DNA of 64,000 nucleotides from assembly GCA_964622775.1 (NCBI GenBank), contig CAZUSO010000004.1, positions 520 through 64,519 of the forward strand, written 5' to 3'. This stretch comes from an uncultured Taibaiella sp. (GTDB lineage Bacteria > Bacteroidota > Bacteroidia > Chitinophagales > Chitinophagaceae). Below are positions 46,813 through 57,445 of the stretch, piece by piece. A model generated the notes under the pieces. That model did no database searches. It was not told the origin of the DNA and saw only the letters and a program-made list of their open reading frames with translations. The translations under genes and the position numbers were made by a program. Positions within the stretch are counted from its first letter, which is position 1; the number at the start of each line of letters is the position of its first letter.

Positions 46813-47415
46813 ATGGAAAAGGAATTAACTTATAAAACTATCAGCCGGCAATCGGAAAGTCTTTTCAAAGACCGGGGGAGTAAGTTTTTAGGCTTTGCCT
46901 TTCCACTGCATGATTTAACCGAAATGAAAAACTACCTGCAGCAATCCAAAGCGGCTCATCCCAAAGCGGTGCATCATTGCTATGCTTATCGTATGGGTAC
47001 GGACGGCATCCGGTTTCGTTCGAATGATGATGGCGAGCCTTCGGGAAGTGCCGGCAAACCAATACTCGGGCAGATTGACCGTTTCGGAATTACCGATGTG
47101 CTGATTATCGTAGTGCGTTATTTCGGTGGTGTCCTGCTGGGTGTGCCTGGGCTAATCAATGCGTATAAGACCGCGGCATCCGGGGCCTTAGAAAGCAATG
47201 AAGTTATTGAAAAAAACATTCTGCATGTCCTGCATCTGGAGTTTGATTATTCCATAATGAATGAGGTGATGCAGGTGCTAAAACAATATCAGGCTAATGT
47301 GATCCGGCAGGAACTTCAGTTGTTTTGCAGCATTGATGCACGCATCCCGCTTGCGCAGTATGATGCCTGCTATCAACGGCTGAAAGCTATATACCGTCTC
47401 GAAATCCGGGAATGA
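46813..47415 (+). CDS. yigZ: YigZ (IMPACT) family protein
   Basis: The product reads KDRGSKFLGFAF...AVHHCYAYR...DDGEPSGSAGKPIL...VVRYFGG. Confidence 0.9.
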   Translation: MEKELTYKTISRQSESLFKDRGSKFLGFAFPLHDLTEMKNYLQQSKAAHPKAVHHCYAYRMGTDGIRFRSNDDGEPSGSAGKPILGQIDRFGITDVLIIVVRYFGGVLLGVPGLINAYKTAASGALESNEVIEKNILHVLHLEFDYSIMNEVMQVLKQYQANVIRQELQLFCSIDARIPLAQYDACYQRLKAIYRLEIRE

Positions 47416-47434
47416 CAATATCTCTGCTCCGGGT

Positions 47435-50400
47435 TTATTCGGTAATAATAATGATTCCTGCGCCATGATAAGAATGATACATGCCGTTATACATCGCATC
47501 CGCCTGAACAGGACCTGACTTATATGTTCCCGGAGAAACTGCTCGTACCATATAATAAAAAGTCTTCACTCCCGACCCGACACTGGTAAACAGGTTGAGC
47601 CGGTCGTCCCGAACATCCAGGTAGTCCGGCTCGTCCCGGTCTTTGATGCCTGTAACCCATTTTAGGTTGGGCATGTCGTTCAATCGGGTATTCTCTATTT
47701 CCAGTCCGGCAGGAAGCATATCCGTGATGACCACGTTGTCAATAACGCTGCGGTATTCGCCCTGGATGGAAATTTTCACTACAATCAAATCGTTTTGTTT
47801 GAAGGTATTGTTCGTGATAAGCTGTCCGGAACGGGTATAATAGCTCCGGCGCACTTTCAGGTATTTATCTTCCTCCTTAATGGTTCCGTCGCGGCTGATA
47901 CCGGAAATTTCCCGGAAATAATAATAAGTGCCTTTACCGCTTACTTTAATTTGCACCGGTTGATTGCCCAGGCCTTTTAAGTCAATCTGTACGGGGCTGC
48001 CCTTTGTAGTGGCGATTGTTTTTCCATTGGCAGTAACCTGCGCTTCTCCTTGCATACCGGTACTCCTGCGGGCAATTTTTCCTAAGGCCAGTATGGAAAA
48101 GACGGTTTCCTGGGTATTGAGATACGGGCTGGTATGCAGCACCTCTGAAAGTTGCCGGGCCAATTCCGCAACCTGGGGATCCTGAGGATTAATGTCTAAT
48201 AAGGCGTTCAGTGCAATGGCGCGGTCGCGGGTATAGGAAGCAAAGCTTCCGCCAAACTGACTTTCCGATTGCTCTCCGCGGAATGCGGGCGGCAACACCT
48301 GTCTGGCCATATCCTGTTGCCCGCTGACGGCATAAGCTGCCGCTAATAAATATTTACTGTCTAAGCTCAGCATATCTTTATTGCCTTTGTAAAAATTCAT
48401 CAGGCTCTGCTGTGGCTGACGAGCCAGCGCCAATACATACAGGGAATAAGGCACTTCCCGCGCCGCGATTGTCTTCCGCTGGTCGCCGTTAAAATAATAA
48501 GCAACAACCTCCTTTTTCTTCAGCCTGAATTTCAGATAACCCAGCAAACGGCTGAGCATCGCATCATTGACATCAAAACCTGCGCGTTCCGCTTCAATCA
48601 GGAAATGCGCTGCAAACACGCTTCCCCACCAGCTTTCATAATCTCCGCCGGGCCAGTAGCTCAATGCGCCGTTCGGAAGTTGCATTGCCTGAAGTTTCAG
48701 TATAGCCTGTTGTACATTATAGTTGGGATTGGGATCCTTGTTCTCTTTCCCGTAAAGCGTACGCACCAAATCGCCATAATACAATTGCGGGAACGCCGAA
48801 GCGGTGGTTTGCTCCACACAGCCATAAGGGTAATGTATCAGATAGGCAAGATTCTTGCTGAATGAGGTTAAAGGGGAATTAGACACAACCAGATTTCCGG
48901 AAAAAGTAGCGGGAATGAAATTATGGCTGAGTGGCAATTGAAAACTGTTTCCTGCATCAACTGTTCCGGATATTGTGGACTTTTGAAGTGAAGCAGGAGG
49001 GCGCACGACAATCTCCGTTTCATTTTGGAATGTTTCACCCAGCGCTTTTACCGCCACCGTTACCTTGCCGCTTCCCATGTCGTTGGCGGCTGCCACATGA
49101 AATACCACACGGGCTTCACTATTGGGTTTTATGGTCACAGTTTGCACCTGCGTACCCGGTATGGTGACAGCACCCTGCGTTTGTACACTAACCTGAGCCG
49201 TTGCTTCTTTGCCCGTTATGTTACTGAGCGTTACCGGCATTAAAGCCTGGTCGCCCGGACTAAAGAATCGTGGCAATGCCGTGCTGATAACAATAGGGTC
49301 AGCAACCTTCATGTGGTTATCGAAACTGCCGAATGCCTGGTCTTTATAGGCAACGGCCATTATCCGGATATCGCCGGAAAACTGCGGCACGTCAATAGCG
49401 TATTCAAGGTGTCCGCGCCCGTCAGCCTGCAAAATTCCGCTCCAGAAAGAAACATTTTTTACCCGGTTTACAAACAGCGGATTTACCCTGCCGGCCAGCT
49501 CATCTGCACCGCCGTCGCCACCTGTACTGGAGGAAGTGATTTTATATTCCGGCAGCAATAATGGGTAAATATTAAAATTACCTACCGCCAATGCTACCTT
49601 TTGATAAAAATACAAATAAGGGTTCGGGGTCTTATAATTTTTCACCTGCAAAATACCTTCATCCACGGCAGCAATCGTTACATAAGCATGAGGTGCCGTT
49701 TTTACAGAAATTGTTTGCAGGGTTTTTGAACGCGACTGCTCAGACACCGACACCGAAACCGGCAGCTTGTTTTGTTTTGCTTCCACTTTCAGGTTTTTAT
49801 ATCCTTGCGCTACGGTTAAGGGCATATCGCTGCCATCCATTGGCCGGAATAGGGTAGCCGCAATATAGACATTGGGCAGGTAAGCATCCGTAGCCTTCAG
49901 TTTCAAAGATGCCGATTTGTTGCTGGTGTTCACAAAATAATATTCAATTATCTTATCCCGTTCCACGCTCACTAACATCCGACCTTCAAAAGGTGTGGTG
50001 AACAACAGGTTGACCGCCTCGCCGGGTGCATAGCTTTCCTTGTCCGCCTTTATCGTTACATTACCTTCATTGTTTACTTCAAATGAAGAATATTGTGTGT
50101 CGCCATATCCGTAAGCATAAAACGACTGCTCCACATAAGAGCTGCTGCCGGGTCGGGATACCCTGACTGCGTATTCCCCACTCAATTCAGGCGTGAAGCT
50201 GAACCGGGTATTATTGCCCTGAATATTGAGGGTTTGACGGCTGACTTCTTTTTCTACCCATTTGGAAACGTATTTATAGCGGCTTCCGGTTTGTTGAATC
50301 ACATTTTGCCATTCTTTCCGTACAACAACTACAGTAGCAGGTTGTCCCTGTGTCGCGCCGTTTTTATCCACTGCCACTAAATTGACATGCACCGGCTTCC

Positions 50401-52861
50401 TGGTTCCTACATAATCGCTGAACGGCCTGATACCGAAGAATACCGGCTGGGAATACACTTCAAAATTCACATAGCGGTGAACGGGCCGCCCGGTTTCATC
50501 AAATACCGTAGTATGGATATTGCCCCTCAGCAACCCCGTTTCAGCCAGTTTGGAATCCAATGCTATGGCTTCATTGGCCATTCCACGCTCATCAGTTGTT
50601 CCGCTGCGGAATACTGTGGAGTAATAAAAGTCTTTTACGACTGCAAAATTATAATCAGCAAATCCTTTAGGTCTAAACACGCTTTTATCGAGATTCAGTT
50701 CCCATTCGTAATTCCGGTTGGCGGCAGGCGTACCGAATAGATTGTCCGCTTTAAGGGAAGTCACTACGGTTTCGCCCGCTTCGTACGTTTCCTTATCCAG
50801 TTTGGATTCCACTTTAATCCGGTCGGGCATAAAATCTTCAATGCTGAAATTGTAGGTGTTAAGGAGTACATCGTTCCCGCTAAAAGCCTGCAATACATAA
50901 GTCCCGGTAATAGCAGAAGCCGGAATGTCAAACAGCGTTTCCGTGCTGCCTTGCTCATTCAGGATTTTTTTCCGGGTAGCGAACTCTTTCCCGTTTGGCA
51001 TCAGGAGCTTCAGTTTTACGGGCATCTCCCCGGGTGGCATCCATGATTCATCCCGCACTACCAGGCTCGTATGAATCGTTTCGCCCGAACGGTAAAGATT
51101 ACGCTCGGCATAAATCCAGGCATTAAGACCCGTGGGGTTTACGTTACGTCCGCCGATATCAAAGCGGGACGTCTCGATGCGGCTCTCATTGAACGTGATG
51201 AAGCTGTAATCGTCACCGGCTTTTGCAGTCACCATTCCGATATGAAAACCCGGCGCTTTTTCCTGAATATTATCGAAAACGGCTACACCATTCCGGTCGG
51301 TCTCCATGGTATGAACAGCCTGATTGGTCGTGGATACAAATGTGATCCTTGCATTGCTGACAGGGCTTGCATTCCGAATGGAATTAGCAAATACATACAG
51401 CTTGTCCTGTTCCTCCTTTATGATCAGCCCGATGTCGGAAAGCGAAAGTATCTTGCTTTGCTGTAGCCATTTCTGGCTTGTTGACTCAATGGTGATTACA
51501 TATACGCCATCGTAACCCCGAAGCCGGTCTGCAAAATCAAGATGGAGTAAATGCGCCTGATTGTTTTTGGGTAATTTTTCTACCTGATATTTCTGCTGAA
51601 AAACGGTATCACCAATATCATGGGTATTGTAGTACTCATAATAGTTGTAATTATCATCGTCATAATCGTATCCCCAACTGTTACCTCGTTTGAAAAGCTG
51701 CATCATATTATTTTCATACACCTTCACAACAGTCACCTCTACTTCGGGAATCTGTACAATCTGTAACGCAAGATTACGAAAGCCCTTTGTGGAAAGATAC
51801 ATGCCTTTGCTGTTTACAAACCCGATAGCGGGCTCCGGTTCTCCGAATGATGCCATCGTAACCGCATCATCCCGGAGCTTTCCGCCGTACAGTCCGGTAA
51901 TCTCTTTGCTGAGCGTAATATTATACGCTATTTTAGGATCGAAATTATTGCTGGAAATGATCAATCCTGCATCTGTGGCTTCCACATCAAAAGTAACTGC
52001 CGGTTCTATGCTGATGAGCTGAAGCAGTCCTTTCTCCTCCACAGGCTGAGACAATGCAATATTTACTATGCCCTGCACCCCGTCATGCTGCGCATTCGTA
52101 TTGGTGACGGCGAGCGTATAGCGGGAGGCTATGGGTGTAGTAAAAGTGGTGTCATTTTTGGAAGAAGATTTGCTGCCTGCAATGGGAATGCCTTTATCTA
52201 AACTTACCTTCAAATCAACAGTTTGATCTTTATCGCTTACCGGGATAAATTGCACGGAAACATTTTTCCCGATACCGCTATTAACCGGCCGGAAACTTAC
52301 AGACTGCCCGTTGGCCTGAAGTTTCAGCTTGGAAGCAGCCTGCGTTACATCGGTTTCATAATTAAAAAGCAAGTCCAATTGCGTTACAACGCCGGCTGCT
52401 TCCATATCCCGCGTCCATCGCGTTTGTGCGTCGGTAACCCGTAAAGGCGCAGTATGAAAAGAAAATGTGCGCTCCTTGCTAAGTGTGTAATTTTTCTTTT
52501 TCACCCTATCCAGCAGGCGCGGGCTAAGCGTTGCTTTATATTCCTTCGCAGGCTGAAATCCTTTCTGGGGTGAAAATACCAGTTCGCTTGAGCTGCTCCA
52601 GCGAAAGGATCCGGCTATCCTGGGTTCAAATTCAATATAAGTCGTACTGTCCCAGTTGTTGAGCAGGCTGTCCGGATAAATATCCTTATTGAATTGAAAA
52701 ACCAGGTTCTGCTGTGCAGCGACCTCCCCTTTACAATTAGTGTTGAGCAATTTCACCTCATTTCGGTTGCCGCAGGAAGCCGTAAAAAGCAGTACACATA
52801 CGATTAATGACCGGAATATACCCGGCAGTCTACACCGGAATTTATTAGGAAGTGAAGGCAT
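47435..52861 (-). CDS. alpha-2-macroglobulin family lipoprotein with an intact thioester motif
   Basis: The 1808 aa product has a lipobox LFTASCG, MG-domain repeats and the thioester site YPYGCVEQTT. Confidence 0.92.
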   Translation of the reverse strand: MPSLPNKFRCRLPGIFRSLIVCVLLFTASCGNRNEVKLLNTNCKGEVAAQQNLVFQFNKDIYPDSLLNNWDSTTYIEFEPRIAGSFRWSSSSELVFSPQKGFQPAKEYKATLSPRLLDRVKKKNYTLSKERTFSFHTAPLRVTDAQTRWTRDMEAAGVVTQLDLLFNYETDVTQAASKLKLQANGQSVSFRPVNSGIGKNVSVQFIPVSDKDQTVDLKVSLDKGIPIAGSKSSSKNDTTFTTPIASRYTLAVTNTNAQHDGVQGIVNIALSQPVEEKGLLQLISIEPAVTFDVEATDAGLIISSNNFDPKIAYNITLSKEITGLYGGKLRDDAVTMASFGEPEPAIGFVNSKGMYLSTKGFRNLALQIVQIPEVEVTVVKVYENNMMQLFKRGNSWGYDYDDDNYNYYEYYNTHDIGDTVFQQKYQVEKLPKNNQAHLLHLDFADRLRGYDGVYVITIESTSQKWLQQSKILSLSDIGLIIKEEQDKLYVFANSIRNASPVSNARITFVSTTNQAVHTMETDRNGVAVFDNIQEKAPGFHIGMVTAKAGDDYSFITFNESRIETSRFDIGGRNVNPTGLNAWIYAERNLYRSGETIHTSLVVRDESWMPPGEMPVKLKLLMPNGKEFATRKKILNEQGSTETLFDIPASAITGTYVLQAFSGNDVLLNTYNFSIEDFMPDRIKVESKLDKETYEAGETVVTSLKADNLFGTPAANRNYEWELNLDKSVFRPKGFADYNFAVVKDFYYSTVFRSGTTDERGMANEAIALDSKLAETGLLRGNIHTTVFDETGRPVHRYVNFEVYSQPVFFGIRPFSDYVGTRKPVHVNLVAVDKNGATQGQPATVVVVRKEWQNVIQQTGSRYKYVSKWVEKEVSRQTLNIQGNNTRFSFTPELSGEYAVRVSRPGSSSYVEQSFYAYGYGDTQYSSFEVNNEGNVTIKADKESYAPGEAVNLLFTTPFEGRMLVSVERDKIIEYYFVNTSNKSASLKLKATDAYLPNVYIAATLFRPMDGSDMPLTVAQGYKNLKVEAKQNKLPVSVSVSEQSRSKTLQTISVKTAPHAYVTIAAVDEGILQVKNYKTPNPYLYFYQKVALAVGNFNIYPLLLPEYKITSSSTGGDGGADELAGRVNPLFVNRVKNVSFWSGILQADGRGHLEYAIDVPQFSGDIRIMAVAYKDQAFGSFDNHMKVADPIVISTALPRFFSPGDQALMPVTLSNITGKEATAQVSVQTQGAVTIPGTQVQTVTIKPNSEARVVFHVAAANDMGSGKVTVAVKALGETFQNETEIVVRPPASLQKSTISGTVDAGNSFQLPLSHNFIPATFSGNLVVSNSPLTSFSKNLAYLIHYPYGCVEQTTASAFPQLYYGDLVRTLYGKENKDPNPNYNVQQAILKLQAMQLPNGALSYWPGGDYESWWGSVFAAHFLIEAERAGFDVNDAMLSRLLGYLKFRLKKKEVVAYYFNGDQRKTIAAREVPYSLYVLALARQPQQSLMNFYKGNKDMLSLDSKYLLAAAYAVSGQQDMARQVLPPAFRGEQSESQFGGSFASYTRDRAIALNALLDINPQDPQVAELARQLSEVLHTSPYLNTQETVFSILALGKIARRSTGMQGEAQVTANGKTIATTKGSPVQIDLKGLGNQPVQIKVSGKGTYYYFREISGISRDGTIKEEDKYLKVRRSYYTRSGQLITNNTFKQNDLIVVKISIQGEYRSVIDNVVITDMLPAGLEIENTRLNDMPNLKWVTGIKDRDEPDYLDVRDDRLNLFTSVGSGVKTFYYMVRAVSPGTYKSGPVQADAMYNGMYHSYHGAGIIIITE

Positions 52862-52898
52862 CAGAAAAAGTTTTTTCGGGAAAATGATTATGCTGCTT

Positions 52899-52906
52899 CA
52901 AATATA
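52899..52906 (-). promoter_or_regulatory. Bacteroidota -7 promoter box (TATATTTG) for the alpha-2-macroglobulin gene
   Basis: The plus-strand caaatata lies 37 nt upstream of the ATG at 52861. Confidence 0.4.
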
Positions 52907-53212
52907 TTGAAAACGGATAAATAAAACCAGACATTCCAGGAAAAACGCAGGGAAATGCTTTTATGCAGGTTAGTCCCGGATGAACTCCCGGGACGTAAAT
53001 ATCTACAGCTCCGGGTGCAACCAGGGGTTGAAAAACGGGTATTATTCTTGTTTTGGCATGTGGTCTTGTTGCGGAGCAAAATAAAAACCAGGACAAAACA
53101 CAGGTGGAAGTCTAAAAGCGTTTTCCCTGCCGGATGTTTCGCTGATATTTCTTGCAGGATCCGGCCGAGCATTATAAAATGATTCAGATTTCCGATTGTT
53201 CCCGGTCTGTCC

Positions 53213-53220
53213 TAAATTTG
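53213..53220 (+). promoter_or_regulatory. Bacteroidota -7 promoter box (TAAATTTG) for purL
   Basis: It is an exact match 36 nt upstream of the ATG at 53257 and lies inside the longer ORF-track call. Confidence 0.45.
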
Positions 53221-53256
53221 CGTTTTCTTAATCAGCTTTTTATTCCCGAAAAAAAT

Positions 53257-55464
53257 ATGGAAGCAACACTGGAACAAGCCAAACAATTAGGTTTATTAGA
53301 AAGTGAGTTCGAGCAAATCAAACAGGTTTTAGGGCGTACGCCTAATTTTAATGAAACGGCGATCTACTCGGTGATGTGGAGCGAACATTGCAGCTATAAA
53401 AATTCTATCAAATACCTGAAAAAGCTACCCCGCGAAGGCAGCAGATTATTGGTAAAGGCTGGCGAGGAAAACGCCGGTCTGGTAGATATTGGTGACGGAC
53501 TTGCGGTAGTGTTTAAGATCGAATCGCACAACCACCCTTCCGCTATTGAACCGTTCCAGGGAGCGGCTACCGGTGTAGGCGGTATTCACCGCGATATCTT
53601 TACGATGGGGGCACGTCCCATTGCTGCGCTCAATTCTTTACGGTTCGGGAATCTGTCCAGCGCCAAAACCAGGCACTTGGTGAAAGGCGTGGTGAAAGGA
53701 ATCGGGCATTACGGCAACTGCTTCGGCGTGCCGACCGTTGGAGGTGAAATTTATTTTGAAGATTGCTATCAAACCAATCCGCTCGTCAATGCCATGAGCG
53801 TGGGCATTGTGCAGGTAGGGCAAACATTTTCCGCTACTTCTTTCGGCGAAGGAAATCCGGTATTTATTGTGGGCGCAGCTACCGGGAAAGACGGTATCGG
53901 TGGGGCTTCCTTTGCTTCTGCGGACATCTCGGAGGATAGTGCGGAACAATTGCCGGCCGTTCAGGTAGGCGATCCTTTCGAGGAAAAGAAATTGCTGGAA
54001 GCCTGCATGGAATTAGTTGGAAAAGATATGATTGTCGGGATGCAGGATATGGGCGCTGCGGGCATCAGCTGTTCCACCTCCGAAATGAGCGCGAAGGGCG
54101 AGCATGGGATGAATATTAACCTGGATAAGGTACCGACCCGCCAGGAAAACATGAAGGCCTGGGAAATGTTATTGAGCGAAAGCCAGGAGCGTATGCTGAT
54201 CGTGGTAAAAAAAGGATTTGAAAAAGATGTGGAAGCCCTCTTTGAAAAATGGGATATTCATTGCGAGCAAATCGGGGAGGTAACTACTGACCCACGTTTA
54301 AAATATTATCTCAACGGCGAGCTGCAGGCCGATTTACCGGCAGAAAGCTTAGTGCTTGGCGGCGGTGCGCCGGTATATGAACGGGAATTTAAGGAACCGG
54401 CTTACTTAGCCAACACATATCAGTTTGATCCCGCTTCCATCCTTATTCCGGACGGAATTCAGTTGAAAGTATTTGCAGAGCAACTGGCGCAATTGCCCAA
54501 TATCGCATCCAAACGCTGGGTTTATGAGCAATACGACTCTATGGTTGGCACGGCTAATGTAAGCACGAATGCGCCATCCGATGCGGCTATTGTCCGTATT
54601 CACGGTTCCGGAAAAGCCCTGGCTATAACGGTAGATTGCAACAGCCGTTATGTGTATCTGAACCCATACATCGGCGGTATGATTGTCGTCAGCGAGGCTG
54701 CCCGTAATATCGTTTGCAGCGGTGGGCAGCCGGTGGCTATTACCAATTGCCTCAATTTTGGCAATCCTTATAATCCGGAGGTATATTACCAGTTTGTGCA
54801 TGCCCTGCGCGGCATGAGCGATGCCTGCCTGAAGTTTGATACTCCGGTTACGGGAGGCAATGTCAGCTTTTACAACCAAAGTGAAGACGGGCCTGTTTAT
54901 CCTACGCCGACCATTGGCATGGTGGGTGTGCTGGACGATATCGGCCAGGCGATGACTTTAGACTTCAAATCACCGGGCGATGTGATCTATATGCTTGGTA
55001 CCTGCCGGGATGATATCAACGGCTCGGAATACCTGTTCAAATTGAATGGAGTGGAGTTTAGTCCTGCGCCCCATTTCGATTTAGAGGAGGAGTTTGCGTT
55101 ACAACAAATGGTAGCCGCATTGATTCAGTCCGGGATTATCCGTTCTGCACATGATCTCTCCGAAGGCGGTCTGTTTATCGCCTTATTAGAAAGCGCTATG
55201 GTGCGCAATCTGGGCTTCGATATTAATCCATCCTGCGCTATCCGCCCGGATGCCTGCCTGTTTGGCGAAGCACAAAGCCGGGTTGTGGTAAGCGTGACCC
55301 CGGATAAAGCCGGGGCGTTTGAGCGCATGTTGGACGGTTTCCCTGCTTTGAAACTCGGAACGGTAACTACCGGCGATCTGCGTGTATTCACTCAGGACTG
55401 GGGCGCCGTAGCTGCCTGGAAAACGAAGTATGATACCGCCATTGAACGGGAGCTGGCAGGATGA
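53257..55464 (+). CDS. purL: phosphoribosylformylglycinamidine synthase subunit PurL
   Basis: This is the small-type PurL: ...SEHCSYKNS...[26 protein letters not shown]...GAAG. Confidence 0.96.
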   Translation: MEATLEQAKQLGLLESEFEQIKQVLGRTPNFNETAIYSVMWSEHCSYKNSIKYLKKLPREGSRLLVKAGEENAGLVDIGDGLAVVFKIESHNHPSAIEPFQGAATGVGGIHRDIFTMGARPIAALNSLRFGNLSSAKTRHLVKGVVKGIGHYGNCFGVPTVGGEIYFEDCYQTNPLVNAMSVGIVQVGQTFSATSFGEGNPVFIVGAATGKDGIGGASFASADISEDSAEQLPAVQVGDPFEEKKLLEACMELVGKDMIVGMQDMGAAGISCSTSEMSAKGEHGMNINLDKVPTRQENMKAWEMLLSESQERMLIVVKKGFEKDVEALFEKWDIHCEQIGEVTTDPRLKYYLNGELQADLPAESLVLGGGAPVYEREFKEPAYLANTYQFDPASILIPDGIQLKVFAEQLAQLPNIASKRWVYEQYDSMVGTANVSTNAPSDAAIVRIHGSGKALAITVDCNSRYVYLNPYIGGMIVVSEAARNIVCSGGQPVAITNCLNFGNPYNPEVYYQFVHALRGMSDACLKFDTPVTGGNVSFYNQSEDGPVYPTPTIGMVGVLDDIGQAMTLDFKSPGDVIYMLGTCRDDINGSEYLFKLNGVEFSPAPHFDLEEEFALQQMVAALIQSGIIRSAHDLSEGGLFIALLESAMVRNLGFDINPSCAIRPDACLFGEAQSRVVVSVTPDKAGAFERMLDGFPALKLGTVTTGDLRVFTQDWGAVAAWKTKYDTAIERELAG

Positions 55465-55466
55465 GT

Positions 55467-55499
55467 AATTGGAAGTTGGAAATTTGAAATTGAATTTGA
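55467..55499. repeat. degenerate heptamer tandem array (AATTGGA AGTTGGA AATTTGA AATTGA ATTTGA)
   Basis: Read directly. The array starts 3 nt after the purL stop codon. Confidence 0.7.
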
Positions 55500-55565
55500 T
55501 AAATGGCACCGTACGAGCAAGGGAATTAATTTAGCTAACAGCAACCAACGAATAGCGTTCCGCTT

Positions 55566-55615
55566 TTCAATCTCTAACAATCTTATTCAATCCCAATCAA
55601 TCTCTTCCAATCAAC
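55566..55615. repeat. five tandem 10-bp units with an invariant CAATC core
   Basis: The units are ttCAATCtct aaCAATCtta ttCAATCcca atCAATCtct tcCAATCaac. CAATC falls at 55568, 55578, 55588, 55598 and 55608, with one extra copy at 55594. Confidence 0.85.
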
Positions 55616-55847
55616 TCCTGCCGGCATAGCGCCAATTTGAGATATGCCTTTGGAATATATCTATGTATCTGTAAACCTATAAAAAAGTAATTGGAGATAT
55701 GCTAAAAAACCATACCTTAGTGAAAATTTTTATTCGGTTAAACACATATTATGAACCGAACAGGGCGGCACAAATCGCAGGACGGCGTAGCATGAAAATG
55801 ATGTCATCAAGTGAATTCCGCCTGTTCAAAAAAAACAACAATTCCAA

Positions 55848-56249
55848 ATGAAACTGAAAGTATTACTCATGAGCGCAATGATATTTGGTTGGGCAGGTTT
55901 TACCGGCTCTGCTTACGCTCAGGACGCATCTGCGGCCAAAACATCCCCCATTTCAAAGGTAACAAAAGCCGATTTTTCTGCTGCTATAAGCGCATTTGAA
56001 AAGGCAGGGGTTAACCAGACAAATTTTGCAGAATTAAATAACATGATGACGCAGTTGCTGAGCAATGGCAAGCAAGCTTATTCCCGTGCCCAGGAAGCGG
56101 GAAATGATGAAGCGACTGTGAAAGTATTTAATGAATTCCGCCATCAGGAAGCAATCTATTCCGGTATCCGGAAGGCCTTGTTCGAAAGCGAACCTATTGA
56201 TGCGAAAGTAGTGATCAGCCAGTTGGATGCTTTTGCGGAAACGCTGTAA
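55848..56249 (+). CDS. hypothetical secreted protein
   Basis: The 133 aa product has a signal peptide (LLMSAMIFGWAGFTGSAYAQ) and a helical, Ala/Glu-rich mature region. It is followed by a strong terminator. Confidence 0.6.
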   Translation: MKLKVLLMSAMIFGWAGFTGSAYAQDASAAKTSPISKVTKADFSAAISAFEKAGVNQTNFAELNNMMTQLLSNGKQAYSRAQEAGNDEATVKVFNEFRHQEAIYSGIRKALFESEPIDAKVVISQLDAFAETL

Positions 56250-56269
56250 TTCCTTTTTAAGAAACCGGA

Positions 56270-56301
56270 ATCTCCATCAATTACCTGATGGAGATTTTTT
56301 A
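56270..56301 (+). terminator. intrinsic terminator after the 55848-56249 gene
   Basis: The 10-bp stem atctccatca/tgatggagat is followed by tttttt. Confidence 0.88.
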
Positions 56302-56347
56302 TTACGCCGCTTTTTTAAAAATAGCCGTAATTTGCTGTCCGGCAAAA

Positions 56348-57103
56348 ATGATGAGCATGATGATTAAATCTTTTTTTTCCCATTTAGGCAGCTATGTCCT
56401 GATGCTGAAGGGAATGTTTACGCGACCGGAAAACGGGAAGGTTTACTGGAAGGAGTTTATGGCTCAATGCAATGATATCGGTATCCGGTCTTTACCTATT
56501 GTATTGATTATTTCCGTTTTTCTGGGTGCGGTAATGACTGTGCAGACAGCCTATCAGCTTATCAGTCCGCTGATTCCCCGGTACGTGCTGGCTCAGGTTG
56601 TGCGGGATTCTGTAATCCTGGAACTGGCGCCTACGGTAATCTGCATAGTGCTGGCGGGTGTTGTGGGTTCAAAGATCGCCTCTGAGTTAGGCAATATGCG
56701 GGTGAGCGAGCAAATTGATGCTTTGGAAATTATGGGGATTAACACGAAGTCTTATTTGGTGATGCCTAAAATTATTTCGGCCGTTATTATGATTCCCTGC
56801 CTGATCATTATTGCTATAACACTCAGTCTTTCCGGCGGTTTTGTTACCGGTATGCTCACGAATACGATCAGTAGAGACCAGTTTATTTACGGCCTGGTAA
56901 CGGATTTCCGTACCTTCAACATCACGGTTGCACTTTCCAAAGCATTTGTTTTTGCCTTTATTATCGCTTCCGTTCCGTCTTACTATGGCTATAACGTACG
57001 CGGCGGAGCGCTCGAAATTGGGCGGTCGTCTACAACTGCGGTAATTGTCACCTGCATTATGATCCTGCTGGCGGATTATGTGATCACGTTGCTGATGCTG
57101 TAA
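56348..57103 (+). CDS. mlaE: MlaE-family ABC transporter permease
   Basis: The product reads ...QCNDIGIRSLPIVLIISVFLGAVMTVQ...MRVSEQIDALEIMGIN.... The start is moved to 56348 because the ORF-track start lies inside the upstream terminator. Confidence 0.88.
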   Translation: MMSMMIKSFFSHLGSYVLMLKGMFTRPENGKVYWKEFMAQCNDIGIRSLPIVLIISVFLGAVMTVQTAYQLISPLIPRYVLAQVVRDSVILELAPTVICIVLAGVVGSKIASELGNMRVSEQIDALEIMGINTKSYLVMPKIISAVIMIPCLIIIAITLSLSGGFVTGMLTNTISRDQFIYGLVTDFRTFNITVALSKAFVFAFIIASVPSYYGYNVRGGALEIGRSSTTAVIVTCIMILLADYVITLLML

Positions 57104-57387
57104 TAACAGAGGAAGCCGGTAACGTCATCGTGCAATTTTCTTTTTTTAAATAATCAAATATAATTTCGACCAAAGAAATACCTGATTGCAAAGTAATTTG
57201 ACTAAAATTTCTGCATGAAGCATTCTCTTTCAGAATGGTGAAATATCCCAATACGGCCTGAATTGCGATATGGAAAATATCCGACTATTACAGCAAGGGT
57301 TCGGCATTAGGCGCTGCCAATCATAGCTACAACCAACGCTTAGTTCTCAATAGGTAATCCGAAAGAAAAATAATATTCTTGAAATGC

Positions 57388-57413
57388 TGTAACATTTAAG
57401 CAAGTCCCGTATC
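57388..57413 (+). promoter_or_regulatory. candidate ECF-sigma-type promoter (TGTAAC-N14-CGTATC) upstream of the hydrolase/ECF sigma operon
   Basis: An AAC-containing -35-like element and a CGT-containing -10-like element lie about 35 nt upstream of the ATG at 57446. The spacer is about 2 nt shorter than in textbook ECF promoters. Confidence 0.3.
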
Positions 57414-57445
57414 TAAAAGGCGAATTAAATCATTTAACCATTAAA

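Noticed and set aside
52862-53256. A purine or ZTP-type riboswitch, or another leader RNA, upstream of purL. A hairpin gtcccgg/ccgggac is present at about 52971-52993.
   Set aside because: No ZTP (pfl) or purine riboswitch core sequences are recognisable. The hairpin lies upstream of the purL -7 box, so it would not be in the purL leader.
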